Part shown: positions 45,957-56,612 of the stretch, in pieces
How positions within the stretch are numbered: the stretch's first letter is position 1
Layout of the letters: each line of letters opens with the position of its first letter
Source of the DNA: an uncultured Bifidobacterium sp.
Lineage (GTDB): Bacteria; Bacteroidota; Bacteroidia; UKL13-3
Length of the DNA: 64,000 bases
NCBI GenBank assembly: GCA_964442045.1
Contig: CAYTWI010000003.1
Span: forward strand, 2,632-66,631
Direction of reading: 5' to 3'
Notes under the pieces: generated by a model
Database searches by the model: none
The model's input: only the letters and a program-made list of their open reading frames with translations
What the model was told of the DNA's origin: nothing
Made by a program: the position numbers and the translations under genes

Positions 45957-47339
45957 TTAATGAGCGTGGTGAGCTTGATTGTGATTTTCCACAATAGTCA
46001 TAAACTCTTCTTTGCTTATTTCTTTGTCTTCAATAGTAATCATTGATTTTACAGCCTCATTAACTTTCATTTTTACAGCTGAATTAATCATGCGGCTTCT
46101 GTACTCTTCTTTCTTTAAACTTGGTTCAATTAACTGGTTAATTAAATCTTCGTTTAATCCGGTCATTGAGTAACCACCAAACATTTGTTTAGTATATTCA
46201 ATAGCAGCAGCTCTGATATCTTCTTCTTCAATTTTGATATTGTTAGCAGCCAATATTTTTTCTTCTACTAAATGGTTACGTAAGTAATTAGCCTCAGGCT
46301 TGTATGCTTCTTCCATGTTTTCGTCATTGAATTTATCTGCATACCTGTCTTTTAACCAACGTTTCAAAAATGCATCAGGTAAAGTAACATTGTGTTTGGC
46401 TACTAAAGTATCCATCATTTCGTGTTCAATTAAATGATCTGCCTGCGCAGTGTAAAATCCTTTGATATCTTCTTTGATGCGGGTTCTGAATTCCTCTTCA
46501 GAAGTAATAACTCCAGGGCCATAGCTTGCGTCAAATAACTCCTGGTTAATATCACCCTCAATATTACGTTTAATATCAACCACTTCAAAACTGAATGTTT
46601 TATTCAAATCAGGAACACCGGCTTTAGCAATGCCTAATGCATGGCTCATTTCCTGTTCGTCATTATCAAATAAGGTAAATATATTTACAGTTGATTTGGC
46701 TCCAATGCTAATGCCTTGTAATAATGCTTTAGCTTCAGGGTTTTTAATAGTCGAAAGTAACATAGGTACATTATCAGCTTTAACACCACCATCCAATGCT
46801 TTTTCATCATCAGCCAATTCTACTAAATTAAGATAAACCATATCGTTATCCTGTTCAGCATTTGTAACAGGCTCTAATTTACCAAAACGTTTACGCATAC
46901 GGCCAATTTCTTCATCAACCTCAGCATCTGAAACAGCTACTACGTAACGTGTAAATTTATCACCTTTTCCAATGTTTAAATCAAATTCGGGAGCAAATCC
47001 TAAGTCAAAAGAGAAAGTGTAATCTAAGCCTTTCTCGATTTTATCAATCATGGTATCAGCGTTAAGAACCGGCTCTCCTAAAATACTTAAATTGTTATCT
47101 TTAATATAATCGTAAAGGCCTTTTGAAGCCGCTGTATTAATTTCTTCTAATAAAAGACTTGGTCCTATTTGTTTTTCAATCATACCCATTGGAGCAGTTC
47201 CCGGTCTGAATCCTGGTATATTTGCTTTTTTACGGTAGTCTTTTAGTTTTTTCTCAACTCCGGGTAAATAATCTTCGCTCGAAATTTTAACTGAAATAGT
47301 GCCGTTTAAAGCATCTTTTTTATCAAATGTTACGTTCAT
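45957..47339 (-). CDS. tig: Trigger factor
   Basis: 460 aa with an N-terminal ribosome-binding-type region (GFRPGTAPMGMIEK). The architecture and length are typical. It has an unusual His-rich tail (NHNQAHHAH). Confidence 0.85.
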   Translation of the reverse strand: MNVTFDKKDALNGTISVKISSEDYLPGVEKKLKDYRKKANIPGFRPGTAPMGMIEKQIGPSLLLEEINTAASKGLYDYIKDNNLSILGEPVLNADTMIDKIEKGLDYTFSFDLGFAPEFDLNIGKGDKFTRYVVAVSDAEVDEEIGRMRKRFGKLEPVTNAEQDNDMVYLNLVELADDEKALDGGVKADNVPMLLSTIKNPEAKALLQGISIGAKSTVNIFTLFDNDEQEMSHALGIAKAGVPDLNKTFSFEVVDIKRNIEGDINQELFDASYGPGVITSEEEFRTRIKEDIKGFYTAQADHLIEHEMMDTLVAKHNVTLPDAFLKRWLKDRYADKFNDENMEEAYKPEANYLRNHLVEEKILAANNIKIEEEDIRAAAIEYTKQMFGGYSMTGLNEDLINQLIEPSLKKEEYRSRMINSAVKMKVNEAVKSMITIEDKEISKEEFMTIVENHNQAHHAH

Positions 47340-47428
47340 TGTTGCTATTTATTTTTAATTAAAACTCATTTTTAAAAAAAATAAGACTGAAATATTATTT
47401 CCAGTCTTATTTCATTCTTTACTTTATG

Positions 47429-47510
47429 TGCGGGTGGAGGGACTCGAACCCCCACGCCTCTCAGCACTAGATCCTAAGTCTAGCGCGGCTACCAATTACG
47501 CCACACCCGC
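47429..47510 (-). tRNA. tRNA-Leu (anticodon TAG)
   Basis: The reverse complement GCGGGTG...CACCCGCA folds as a cloverleaf. The anticodon arm is CTAGA-CTTAGGA-TCTAG, there is a long variable arm, and the T-loop is GGTTCGAGTCC. Length is 82 nt. Confidence 0.9.
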
Positions 47511-47568
47511 AAAAAAGGACTGCAAATGTATAAATTGTGCTTTAAAAAGCAACAGCAATTTTTATTTT

Positions 47569-48204
47569 TTATTGATTTATACTATTTAAGGATTCAAAAC
47601 GATAGCCATTATTGGTAAAATAAGATAAAAGTTCAGGTAAAAGCACCTTTAAATTATTAAAAGCCTTCTCGCTATCATGAAAAACAAATATAGCCCCCCC
47701 GGCAGGTAATACTTTCATAGCCCGAAGCGATTCTTCAATATTTAAATGAGCCTCATAATCACGACTAAGCCTGTCCCACATTATTATTTGATGCGTTTTT
47801 AGAATATCCTTTGCCTGTTGTTTTTTAATTCTGCCATAGGGAGGTCTGAATAAATGAGTTTGGGTCAGTTTTTGGCAAAGCAAAAAGTTATTGATATAAT
47901 CGTTATTTTCTGTTTCCCATCCTTTTAAATGGTTGTAGGTATGATTACCTACCGCATGCTTATCTTTAAGTATTTGCTGAAAGGTTTCCGGAAATTTGGT
48001 GATGTTTTCCCCTACTACAAAAAAGGTAGCTTTAGCGTGGTATTGTTTTAATAATTCTAATACCCACGGGGTAATAGTAGGGTGTGGCCCATCATCAAAA
48101 GTAAAATAAACCACTTTGCTTTGGGTTTTTACCTTCCATGTATAATTTGGATATATCCACCTAACTATTTGAGGTATTCTGTATTTAAACATTATTTTGC
48201 GCAT
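47569..48204 (-). CDS. Polysaccharide deacetylase (NodB-homology) family protein
   Basis: 211 aa with motifs FTFDDGP and HTYNH, plus RPPYG. Confidence 0.8.
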   Translation of the reverse strand: MRKIMFKYRIPQIVRWIYPNYTWKVKTQSKVVYFTFDDGPHPTITPWVLELLKQYHAKATFFVVGENITKFPETFQQILKDKHAVGNHTYNHLKGWETENNDYINNFLLCQKLTQTHLFRPPYGRIKKQQAKDILKTHQIIMWDRLSRDYEAHLNIEESLRAMKVLPAGGAIFVFHDSEKAFNNLKVLLPELLSYFTNNGYRFESLNSINQ

Positions 48205-48243
48205 GCAATTTAATTATCCATAACCATTAAAATTTAAAATAAA

Positions 48244-49671
48244 TTGAAAAGCATAAAATTTGTATTGATTGTTTTTTTAACAGGCTTTATAAGCTTAACA
48301 ACACAAGCTCAAAGGAAATTAACCTTACAAGAGTGTATTGATTTAGCTATTCAAAATAATTTGCAAACAAAACAACAAAGCATGCAAACAGAAATTGCAA
48401 AAGCTGATGTTTTGCAAAGTAAGATGGCAGCATTACCAACTTTAAATGCACAAGCCACTAATAACTGGCAGACAGGTTTTAATATTAACCCCAGCACCAA
48501 TACACCGGAAGAAAACGTGGCATTTAGAACAAACAGCTTAGGGGCATCAGCTAGTATGCCTATATTTAATGGTTTTCAAACATCCAATACCAATCGTTTA
48601 CGCCAAAGTGATTATACAGCAAGCAAGCACGATTTAGAAAATGCACGTAACAACTTAAAATTAAACGTAGCAAATAGTTATTTACGTGTAATGCAGCAAA
48701 ATGAAATAGTAGCAGCCGCTAAAGAACAAGTTCAGTCAACAACCAAGCAGTTAGAGCGCCAGCAAAGGTTATATGATTTAGGTGGACTTAACAGAAGCAG
48801 GCTATTGCAAATAAAAGCACAATTATCATCAGAAGAATTAACATTAATTACCCAACAAAATTTATTAGAGTCAGCTTATTTAGATTTATGGCAGCTAATT
48901 GATATTGCTCCCGACACAGCTAATAAAGTGGCCAGTTTAAATATTGATAAAGTTTTGATTGAAGATGAAATACGTACACCAGCAGCTATTTATACCGATT
49001 ATGAAAAACAAAGCCCCGATGTTTTGGCGGCTAAACAACGTTTACGTAGTGCTAATTTACAGCATTTTGTAGCCTTAGGAGGTAGGGGCCCGCGCATTTC
49101 TTTAAATGCAAGTTTAAGCTCTTTTTACACCACCTTAAATACTCAGGGAGTAGGTGCTCCAACTTTTATTAATGTTCCTTTTGGTTTTGTAGAAGGTACC
49201 AATCAAGTGGTTAATACCGTTCGTCCGGTTTATGGAAGTACAGAAACTGTATCTTTTAGTGATCAATTTAGCAAAAACTTTGGTACCAGCGTAGGGTTTA
49301 CCTTATCACTTCCTATTTTTAATAATTGGTCAGTTAATACCAACGTTCAAAAAGCCAGTATACAAATGGAAACGGCTAAGTTAACGGAAAGGCAAACCCA
49401 ACAGAATTTATTCAAAAACATCAACACGGCTTATTTGAATTTTAAAAATGCGCAACAACGCTACGTAGCGGCACAAAAAACATTTGAATCAAATAAAGAA
49501 GCCTTAGATATTAGCGAAAAGCAGTTTGAGCTGGGTGGTTTGAATACTGCTGATTACTTAGCTTCGAAAAACGCTTATGTAAAAGCAGAAAGTGATTATT
49601 TGCAGGCTAAATATGAATTGGTTTTCCGCAAAAAAGTATTGGATTTTTATAGTGGTAAGCCATTGAATTAA
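48244..49671 (+). CDS. TolC-family outer-membrane efflux protein
   Basis: 475 aa with a signal peptide and two OEP-type repeats. The ORF starts at TTG (48244) with no nearby ATG. Confidence 0.85.
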   Translation: MKSIKFVLIVFLTGFISLTTQAQRKLTLQECIDLAIQNNLQTKQQSMQTEIAKADVLQSKMAALPTLNAQATNNWQTGFNINPSTNTPEENVAFRTNSLGASASMPIFNGFQTSNTNRLRQSDYTASKHDLENARNNLKLNVANSYLRVMQQNEIVAAAKEQVQSTTKQLERQQRLYDLGGLNRSRLLQIKAQLSSEELTLITQQNLLESAYLDLWQLIDIAPDTANKVASLNIDKVLIEDEIRTPAAIYTDYEKQSPDVLAAKQRLRSANLQHFVALGGRGPRISLNASLSSFYTTLNTQGVGAPTFINVPFGFVEGTNQVVNTVRPVYGSTETVSFSDQFSKNFGTSVGFTLSLPIFNNWSVNTNVQKASIQMETAKLTERQTQQNLFKNINTAYLNFKNAQQRYVAAQKTFESNKEALDISEKQFELGGLNTADYLASKNAYVKAESDYLQAKYELVFRKKVLDFYSGKPLN

Positions 49672-49691
49672 TAATTGTAAAAGGAATTGAA

Positions 49692-51047
49692 ATGAAAAAG
49701 AATAGAACTTTAAAAATATTAGGTATTGCAGTTTTAGTACTTATTATAATAGCAGTGGTTGGTAAAAAAGCGGGTTGGTTTGGTGCTAAAGATGAAATAA
49801 AGGTAAGTATGGCCAAAGTAGAATTGCGCACTATAGTGGAAACCGTAAGTGCCAATGGAAAAATACAACCTGAAACAGAAGTGAAAATAAGTTCGGATGT
49901 GAGTGGTGAAATACGCGAGTTGTATGTAAAAGAAGGAGATTCAGTAAGGGCCGGACAATTATTAGCAAGGATTGATCCCGAATTATATGCGTCAGCATTA
50001 GACAGAACTAATGCCTCTTTAAGCAATGCCAAAGCCAACTTAGCTGGAAGTAAAGCGCGTTTAATGCAAGCTGAAGCACGTTTTGCAGAAGTAGACAAGC
50101 AGTTTTCCCGTAACAAAAAAATGGCGGATCAAAAACTAATTAGTGAGGCAGAATTGGAAACAGCGACATCAACCTACAAAAATTCGAAGGCAGAAGTAGA
50201 AGCAGCCAAACAAACAGTTACCGCAGCCGATTTTACGGTAAGGAGTTTTGAGGCTTCATTAAAAGAAAGCCAGAAAAACTTAACCCGTACCGAAATATTT
50301 GCCCCTGTAAATGGAACAGTTTCATCATTAAAGGTAGAGAAAGGAGAAAGAGTTGTGGGTACTTCGCAAATGGCTGGTACCGAAATGATGCGCATAGCCA
50401 ATTTAAACGAAATGGAAGTGAGCGTTGATGTAAACGAAAATGATATTATAAAAGTGGGTTTAGGCGATACTACATTAATCCAGGTAGATGCTTATGGAAC
50501 CAGAAAATTTAAAGGTATTGTATCAGAAATTGCTAATAGCGCAAGTACCACCACCGCTACTACCAGCGATCAGGTAACCAATTTTGTGGTAAAGATCAGG
50601 ATTTTACGCAGTAGCTATGCCGATTTAACAGCCAAGTTTGGTAAACGCAAAGCGGTGTTTCGTCCTGGAATGAGTGCCAGTGTAGAAATACAAACCGAAA
50701 CAGCTACTAATGCATTAGCCATACCTATTGAAGCCGTTACCGTACGAAATATAAAAGATTTAGATACAGCTACTGCTGGTAAAGATAAGCCGGAAGACTT
50801 TAATACCAGTGTGGCTGAAAGCAAAAAAGATGAAATAGAAGTGGTATTTTGCATTGTAAATAACAAAGCCAGTATCAGAAAAATTACCACAGGTATTCAG
50901 GATGATAAATATATTGAAATTACGAGTGGTTTAACCAAAACAGACGAGGTGGTAAGTGGTCCTTATGCAACTATTTCAAAAACATTGAAACATGGCGATA
51001 AAGTTAAGAAAGTAAGTAAAGAAGCTTTGTTTGAAGTGAAGAAGTAA
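49692..51047 (+). CDS. Efflux periplasmic adaptor (HlyD/MFP family, MacA-like)
   Basis: 451 aa with an N-terminal transmembrane anchor, a lipoyl-like GEIRELYVKEGDSVRAGQLLARID motif, and a long coiled-coil hairpin. Confidence 0.85.
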   Translation: MKKNRTLKILGIAVLVLIIIAVVGKKAGWFGAKDEIKVSMAKVELRTIVETVSANGKIQPETEVKISSDVSGEIRELYVKEGDSVRAGQLLARIDPELYASALDRTNASLSNAKANLAGSKARLMQAEARFAEVDKQFSRNKKMADQKLISEAELETATSTYKNSKAEVEAAKQTVTAADFTVRSFEASLKESQKNLTRTEIFAPVNGTVSSLKVEKGERVVGTSQMAGTEMMRIANLNEMEVSVDVNENDIIKVGLGDTTLIQVDAYGTRKFKGIVSEIANSASTTTATTSDQVTNFVVKIRILRSSYADLTAKFGKRKAVFRPGMSASVEIQTETATNALAIPIEAVTVRNIKDLDTATAGKDKPEDFNTSVAESKKDEIEVVFCIVNNKASIRKITTGIQDDKYIEITSGLTKTDEVVSGPYATISKTLKHGDKVKKVSKEALFEVKK

Positions 51048-51058
51048 AAAACTAAAAC

Positions 51059-51664
51059 TTATTTTCCGTAAGGAATTCTACCTACAATACTGCGGCCTAA
51101 AGTAATTTCGTCAGCATATTCCAATTCGCCACCGATAGCAATACCGCGACTGATGGTTGAAATATGAATAGGCAAATGTGCTAATTTCTTTGATAAATAG
51201 AAAGTAGTCGTATCACCTTCGGGTGTGGCGCTCAAGGCAATTACCAACTCCGTTGGCACCTCTTTTTCTACACGGTTTATCAAAGAATCAATATGCAAGT
51301 CGTCAGGGCCAATGCCATTAATGGGCGATATAACGCCACCTAAAACATGGTATAAACCATTGAATTGCGAAGTGTTTTCAATTGCCATTACATCGCGCAG
51401 ATCTTCCACTACACAAATAATCTGCTTGTTTCTTTTATGATTGACACATATAGCACAAATATCGCCATCGCTTACGTTGTGGCATTGCTTGCAGTATTTT
51501 ATTTGTGTACGCACCAATTCAATAGCCTGAGCAAGTTTAATAACATCCTGAGGCTGTTGTTTTAGTATATGTAAAACCATGCGCAAAGCCGATTTTTTTC
51601 CTACACCCGGAAACTTCGATAACTGATTAACGGCTTCTTCTAATAATGCTGATGAAAAATTCAT
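51059..51664 (-). CDS. recR: Recombination protein RecR
   Basis: HhH motif FPGVGKKSALR, zinc finger CKQCHNVSDGDICAIC, and a Toprim domain. I chose the ATG at 51664 (MNFSSALLEE). Confidence 0.9.
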   Translation of the reverse strand: MNFSSALLEEAVNQLSKFPGVGKKSALRMVLHILKQQPQDVIKLAQAIELVRTQIKYCKQCHNVSDGDICAICVNHKRNKQIICVVEDLRDVMAIENTSQFNGLYHVLGGVISPINGIGPDDLHIDSLINRVEKEVPTELVIALSATPEGDTTTFYLSKKLAHLPIHISTISRGIAIGGELEYADEITLGRSIVGRIPYGK

Positions 51665-51680
51665 GTGCAATGGCTGCTCT

Positions 51681-52475
51681 TTATACAGCTACATCTCCTT
51701 TAATAGCTGGGTGTGGATTATAGTTTTCTAATTGAAAATCATCGTATGTAAAATCAAAAATTGATTTTACTGCCGGATTAATTTTCATAGTAGGGTAAGG
51801 TCTTAACTCTCTGGTTAATTGCAATTCCACTTGTTCAAAATGGTTATTATAAATATGTGCATCACCAAAAGTATGTATAAAATCTCCAGGCTCTAAATCA
51901 CACACCTGGGCTATCATTAAAGTTAACAGGGCATAACTGGCTATGTTAAAAGGAACACCCAAAAACATATCTGCACTGCGTTGGTAAAGCTGGCAACTTA
52001 ATTTTCCGTTGGCCACATAAAATTGAAAAAAAGCATGACATGGCATTAAAGCCATTTTAGGCAAATCGGCTACATTCCAGGCACTTACTATTATTCTTCT
52101 GCTATCAGGATTTTTTTTAAGTGTTTCAATTACCTCACTTAACTGGTCCATATGGCCACCGTCAGGTTTAGGCCAGCTGCGCCATTGGTAGCCGTAAACA
52201 GGCCCAAGATTACCATCCTTATCAGCCCATTCGTCCCAAATACGCACACCGTTATCTGTTAAATATTTTATATTGGTTTCCCCTTTTATAAACCAAAGTA
52301 ATTCGTGAATAATTGATTTTAAATGTACTTTTTTAGAGGTAATTAAAGGAAATCCCTCACTTAAGTTAAAACGTAACTGAGCCCCAAAAATACTGCGTGT
52401 GCCCGTACCCGTTCTGTCGCTTTTATCAGCACCTGTATTGTATACATGCTTAAGTAAGGTTTCGTATTGGTTCAT
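51681..52475 (-). CDS. thyA: Thymidylate synthase
   Basis: 264 aa from [11 protein letters not shown]. Motifs include DRTGTGT and active-site Cys in [12 protein letters not shown], and the protein ends ...AV. Confidence 0.95.
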   Translation of the reverse strand: MNQYETLLKHVYNTGADKSDRTGTGTRSIFGAQLRFNLSEGFPLITSKKVHLKSIIHELLWFIKGETNIKYLTDNGVRIWDEWADKDGNLGPVYGYQWRSWPKPDGGHMDQLSEVIETLKKNPDSRRIIVSAWNVADLPKMALMPCHAFFQFYVANGKLSCQLYQRSADMFLGVPFNIASYALLTLMIAQVCDLEPGDFIHTFGDAHIYNNHFEQVELQLTRELRPYPTMKINPAVKSIFDFTYDDFQLENYNPHPAIKGDVAV

Positions 52476-52615
52476 ATACATCAAATATAATGTACAAATA
52501 ACAATCAATAATGTATTTTGTTATTAGGTTATTTTCAACAGACGGCTAAAACTATTTAACTCAATAAAAAGCATTTTCCAATCTTCAAATCATTCTTATC
52601 TTCGTGCCTTCAATT

Positions 52616-54145
52616 ATGACAGAAAGAAAAGTAAGAGTAAGATTTGCCCCTAGTCCGACAGGGCCATTACATATTGGTGGTGTACGCACGGCTTTATACA
52701 ATTATTTATTTGCAAAGAAACATGGCGGAGATTTTATTCTGCGCATAGAAGATACAGACCAAGGGCGTTTTGTACCGGGAGCTGAAAACTATATAATAGA
52801 AAGTTTAAAATGGGTAGGTATTGAACCCAATGAAGGTGTTGGTTTTGGAGAGGGTCCACATGCCCCTTACCGCCAAAGCGAACGCAAAGCTATGTATAAG
52901 CAATATGTTGACCAGCTAATTAACGATGGTTTTGCTTATTATGCTTTTGATACGGCTGAAGAATTAGATGGAATGCGTGAGCGTTTAAAGGCAAGTAATG
53001 TTGATGCTAAATACGATGCCATTACACGTAGCACCATGAAAAACAGCTTAACATTATCAGAAGATGAAACCAAACGCAAATTAGAAAATGGTGATGCTTA
53101 TGTAGTGCGTATTAAATTACCCAGAAAAGAAGAAGTTAAGTTCCATGACGAAATAAGGGGTTGGGTTACTGTAAATACCTCTACCATGGATGATAAAGTT
53201 TTGTATAAGTCAGACGGAATGCCTACTTACCACATGGCAAATATAGTTGATGATTACACCATGCAGGTAACACATGTAATAAGGGGCGAAGAATGGTTAC
53301 CATCAGCACCCTTGCATGTTTTGTTATATAAATATTTGGGTTGGGAGAGTGTAATGCCCAAATTTGCCCACTTACCACTATTGTTAAAACCCGATGGTAA
53401 TGGTAAATTAAGTAAACGCGATGGAGATAAATTAGGCTTTCCGGTTTTTCCATTAGAGTGGCAAGACCCATTTACCAACGAAGTTTCAAGCGGCTATAAG
53501 CAAAGTGGTTATTTACCGGAGGCAGTGGTTAATTTATTGGCCTTTTTAGGATGGAATCCCGGTACTACACAGGAGCTTTTTACCATGCAGGAGCTAATAG
53601 ATGCTTTTACAATAGAACGAATCAGTAAACATGGTGCGAAATTTGATCAAAATAAAGCCAAATGGTATAACCAACAGTATGTACGTAAAGTCGATAATAA
53701 AATATTAGCTGCCGAGTTAAGGAAACAGCTGGCAGAAAAAAATATACAACCAACAGATGAGTTTTTAGAACTCGTATGTGGTTTGGTAAAAGAAAAAATA
53801 AGCTTTGTAAAAGAGTTGTGGGATTACAGTAATTACTTTTTTGTGGAGCCAACAACTTACGATGAAACTGTTATAAAAAAACGCTGGAACGAAAAATCAG
53901 GTGTAGTATTAAATGATTTATTGACAGGATTTAATGCTTTGAACGATTTTAATGCTGCAGCCATAGAACAAGTGTATAATGAAGTACTGGCTAAGAACGA
54001 AGTAGCCAGCAAAGATTTTTTACAACTATTCAGGGTGAGTTTAACGGGTGTTGCAGGTGGACCACCTTTGTTTGAAATGGCTTCCCTGTTTGGAAAACAA
54101 TCAACCACCAACAGATTACAGAATGCCATAAATAATATTAAATAA
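52616..54145 (+). CDS. gltX: Glutamate--tRNA ligase
   Basis: HIGH motif (PTGPLHIGGVRTA) and KMSKS-type KLSKR. ATG at 52616; the track uses GTG at 52604. Confidence 0.95.
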   Translation: MTERKVRVRFAPSPTGPLHIGGVRTALYNYLFAKKHGGDFILRIEDTDQGRFVPGAENYIIESLKWVGIEPNEGVGFGEGPHAPYRQSERKAMYKQYVDQLINDGFAYYAFDTAEELDGMRERLKASNVDAKYDAITRSTMKNSLTLSEDETKRKLENGDAYVVRIKLPRKEEVKFHDEIRGWVTVNTSTMDDKVLYKSDGMPTYHMANIVDDYTMQVTHVIRGEEWLPSAPLHVLLYKYLGWESVMPKFAHLPLLLKPDGNGKLSKRDGDKLGFPVFPLEWQDPFTNEVSSGYKQSGYLPEAVVNLLAFLGWNPGTTQELFTMQELIDAFTIERISKHGAKFDQNKAKWYNQQYVRKVDNKILAAELRKQLAEKNIQPTDEFLELVCGLVKEKISFVKELWDYSNYFFVEPTTYDETVIKKRWNEKSGVVLNDLLTGFNALNDFNAAAIEQVYNEVLAKNEVASKDFLQLFRVSLTGVAGGPPLFEMASLFGKQSTTNRLQNAINNIK

Positions 54146-54774
54146 TGAAACTGATTAAACCAATATTGATAGCCGCTTTTTTTATTGTTGTTTCATGCGG
54201 AAGCAATAATAATTTTGATAAATGGCCCGGATTAAGGTTACATTCATTTCCAAAAGAAATGCAAGGTAATTATAAACTGAATACCGGTTTTTTTAAGGAG
54301 TTGCTGGGGGGTAAAAAAATGGATAGCATTTTATTTTTAGCCATAGATGGAAACAGCATACACGAAGTAAATAAAACTGCCGAATTAGATAATGTTTTAT
54401 CAGATAGTTTAGTGCTGTCAAAACTGGGTAATTACTATGTGCTAAGCTCCAAAAAGAAAGTTAATAATGGCTATTGGACGTTAGGCTACTTTAAAATAGT
54501 AAAAGATGGTTTACATTATATGCCATATATGGGTGTTGACAAACTAAGCGATGATAAACTTTCTAAATACCTAAATTTTATTGCAAAATATAAACAGCGT
54601 AAAATCACTATCAATACGTTGCCAGCAGCTGATCGTGAAACTTTTTATACCTTTAATGGCGATACCTTGAAATATTATGAAATGAACGACACCAAATTTT
54701 TGGAATACATAGAAAAAGAAAAACCTCAAATGGTTATTAAGTTCGATAAAATTATTACAAAAAAGAAAAAATAG
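54145..54774 (+). CDS. Hypothetical lipoprotein
   Basis: 209 aa with a signal peptide and lipobox (VVSCG). Its ATG overlaps the gltX stop (TAATG). Confidence 0.55.
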   Translation: MKLIKPILIAAFFIVVSCGSNNNFDKWPGLRLHSFPKEMQGNYKLNTGFFKELLGGKKMDSILFLAIDGNSIHEVNKTAELDNVLSDSLVLSKLGNYYVLSSKKKVNNGYWTLGYFKIVKDGLHYMPYMGVDKLSDDKLSKYLNFIAKYKQRKITINTLPAADRETFYTFNGDTLKYYEMNDTKFLEYIEKEKPQMVIKFDKIITKKKK

Positions 54775-54776
54775 AT

Positions 54777-55187
54777 ATGCAACAACGCCCCATTAGAGTT
54801 TTAGTAGCAAAGGTTGGTTTAGATGGTCATGACAGAGGCGCAAAAGTAATTGCAACAGCCTTACGCGATGCAGGTATGGAAGTAATATATACAGGTCTGC
54901 GCCAAACACCCGAAATGGTAGTGCAGGCAGCTTTACAGGAAGATGTGGACGCGATAGGTGTAAGCATACTTTCAGGCGCACACAATACCGTTTTTCCCAA
55001 GCTTTTAAACCTGATGGAAAAAGAAGGGATGAATGATGTTTTATTAACAGGGGGTGGTATTATTCCAGATGAAGATATTGTGGAGCTTACAAAGCTTGGT
55101 GTTGGTAAACTATTTACTCCTGGTACCAATACACACGATATAGCTGACTATATACAAAAGTGGGTAGCTGAAAACAGGAGTTTTTAA
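54777..55187 (+). CDS. Stand-alone cobalamin (B12)-binding domain protein, methylmalonyl-CoA-mutase C-terminal type
   Basis: 136 aa with a DxHxxG-type motif ([10 protein letters not shown]) and SILSGAH...GGGIIP. Confidence 0.8.
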   Translation: MQQRPIRVLVAKVGLDGHDRGAKVIATALRDAGMEVIYTGLRQTPEMVVQAALQEDVDAIGVSILSGAHNTVFPKLLNLMEKEGMNDVLLTGGGIIPDEDIVELTKLGVGKLFTPGTNTHDIADYIQKWVAENRSF

Positions 55188-55224
55188 ATAGTAGTTTAGT
55201 ATAATAGAATAACTTTTAAGCCAA

Positions 55225-55728
55225 TTAGTAACCAATTTTATTTCGGCCCTTTTCTACAATAGCAGCTTTTTTCTCCACTTCAGTTTTCATCTTATCTTTA
55301 TAGTCTTGCAATTGTTTTGCTATATCATCATTGAAAGTACCAATTATTTGAGCGGCTAAAATGCCTGCGTTTTTTGCATTGTTAATAGCTACAGTAGCCA
55401 CAGGTACACCTCCCGGCATCTGTACAATAGATAATAAAGAATCCAATCCGTCCATTGTTTTAAGCTTAACAGGAACCCCAATAACAGGAAGCGTAGTAAT
55501 ACTGGCTACCATACCCGGTAAATGAGCTGCCCCACCTGCCCCGGCTATAATTACTTTAATACCTCTGTCTCTGGCATCTTTTGCGTAAGTAAACATACGT
55601 TCAGGGGTTCTGTGGGCTGATACTACAGTTATTTCGTAAGCTATATTAAATTCATCCAAAATATTAGCAGCTTCTTTCATTACCTCTAAGTCACTATCAC
55701 TGCCCATTATAATTCCTACCTGTTTCAT
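55225..55728 (-). CDS. purE: 5-(carboxyamino)imidazole ribonucleotide mutase
   Basis: 167 aa with motifs [15 protein letters not shown] and GGAAHLPGM. Confidence 0.95.
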   Translation of the reverse strand: MKQVGIIMGSDSDLEVMKEAANILDEFNIAYEITVVSAHRTPERMFTYAKDARDRGIKVIIAGAGGAAHLPGMVASITTLPVIGVPVKLKTMDGLDSLLSIVQMPGGVPVATVAINNAKNAGILAAQIIGTFNDDIAKQLQDYKDKMKTEVEKKAAIVEKGRNKIGY

Positions 55729-55781
55729 AAATATTTATTTTTAAACCGACAATTACTGTCTCTTTTTTAATGAACAAACAT

Positions 55782-55808
55782 AAAAAAAGCTGCTTAAAAA
55801 GCAGCTTT
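55782..55808 (-). terminator. Rho-independent terminator after the enoyl-CoA hydratase gene
   Basis: AAAGCTGC / GCAGCTTT stem flanked by A/T runs. A T-run follows on the minus strand. Confidence 0.6.
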
Positions 55809-55820
55809 ATATCTATTAAA

Positions 55821-56612
55821 TTATTTTCCTTTAAAATTAGCGGGACGTCTTTCTAAGAAAGCTTTAGTTCCTTCAATAAAATCTTCGCTACCAAAGAAAT
55901 TACCAAATTCGTTAATCTCTACATTATTTCCATCTGCACGTTTTTCATAATAAGCATTTACGCAACGTATAACACTGGCAATTGCCAAAGGTGATTTTCC
56001 TTTTACTTTTTCTAATATTTCTTCGCATTTAGCCATTAAAGAATCAGCAGGTACCACATGGTTTACTAAACCTAATTGTAATGCTGTTTGTGCATCAATC
56101 ATATCCGCAGTCATTAAATATTCCAATGCTCTACCTCTTCCTATTAATTGAGCTAAACGTTGAGTTCCTGCATAACCCGGAGTAATACCTAAGTTAACCT
56201 CTGGTTGGCCAAACTTAGCATTTTCAGCAGCTACACGAATATGGCAGCTCATAGCCAATTCATTTCCTCCACCTAATGCAAAGCCATTAATAGCAGCAAT
56301 AACAGGTTTTGGGCAGTTTTCAATAGCGCGTAAAACCGCATGGCCTTCTGCACTCATTTTAGTTCCTTCGTCAATATTAAATTCAGCAAATTCAGCAATA
56401 TCAGCTCCGGCAGCAAATGCTTTTTTACCACTACCGGTAATAATTACACCTCTTACTTCGGCCTCATCATAAATGCTTAATACAGCGTTCTTAATATCAG
56501 TAAGTGTTTGAATATTTAAAGCATTTAATTTTGCTTCACGGTTAATGGTTATGTAAAAAATATTGTTTTTTACCTCAGTTAAAATGGTTTGATACATGGT
56601 TTGAGTGGTCAT
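55821..56612 (-). CDS. Enoyl-CoA hydratase (crotonase family)
   Basis: Crotonase motifs FAAGADI and GFALGGGNELAMSCH. The longest ORF starts at TTG 56648; ATG candidates are at 56612 and 56597. Confidence 0.85.
   Translation of the reverse strand: MTTQTMYQTILTEVKNNIFYITINREAKLNALNIQTLTDIKNAVLSIYDEAEVRGVIITGSGKKAFAAGADIAEFAEFNIDEGTKMSAEGHAVLRAIENCPKPVIAAINGFALGGGNELAMSCHIRVAAENAKFGQPEVNLGITPGYAGTQRLAQLIGRGRALEYLMTADMIDAQTALQLGLVNHVVPADSLMAKCEEILEKVKGKSPLAIASVIRCVNAYYEKRADGNNVEINEFGNFFGSEDFIEGTKAFLERRPANFKGK

Noticed and set aside
47340-47568. tRNA-Leu as an integration hotspot with an adjacent genomic island.
   Set aside because: No integrase, direct repeat of the tRNA 3' end, or obviously foreign genes flank it. 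The neighbours are tig and a polysaccharide deacetylase.
49607-50116. A 169-aa minus-strand ORF spanning the TolC/adaptor junction, plus similar long antisense ORFs (29355-29795, 44689-45171, 60627-61004, 16543-16896, 24410-24793, 25556-25915).
   Set aside because: All lie antisense within well-supported CDSs. They have low-complexity, Ser/Leu-rich composition typical of shadow frames in AT-rich genomes.
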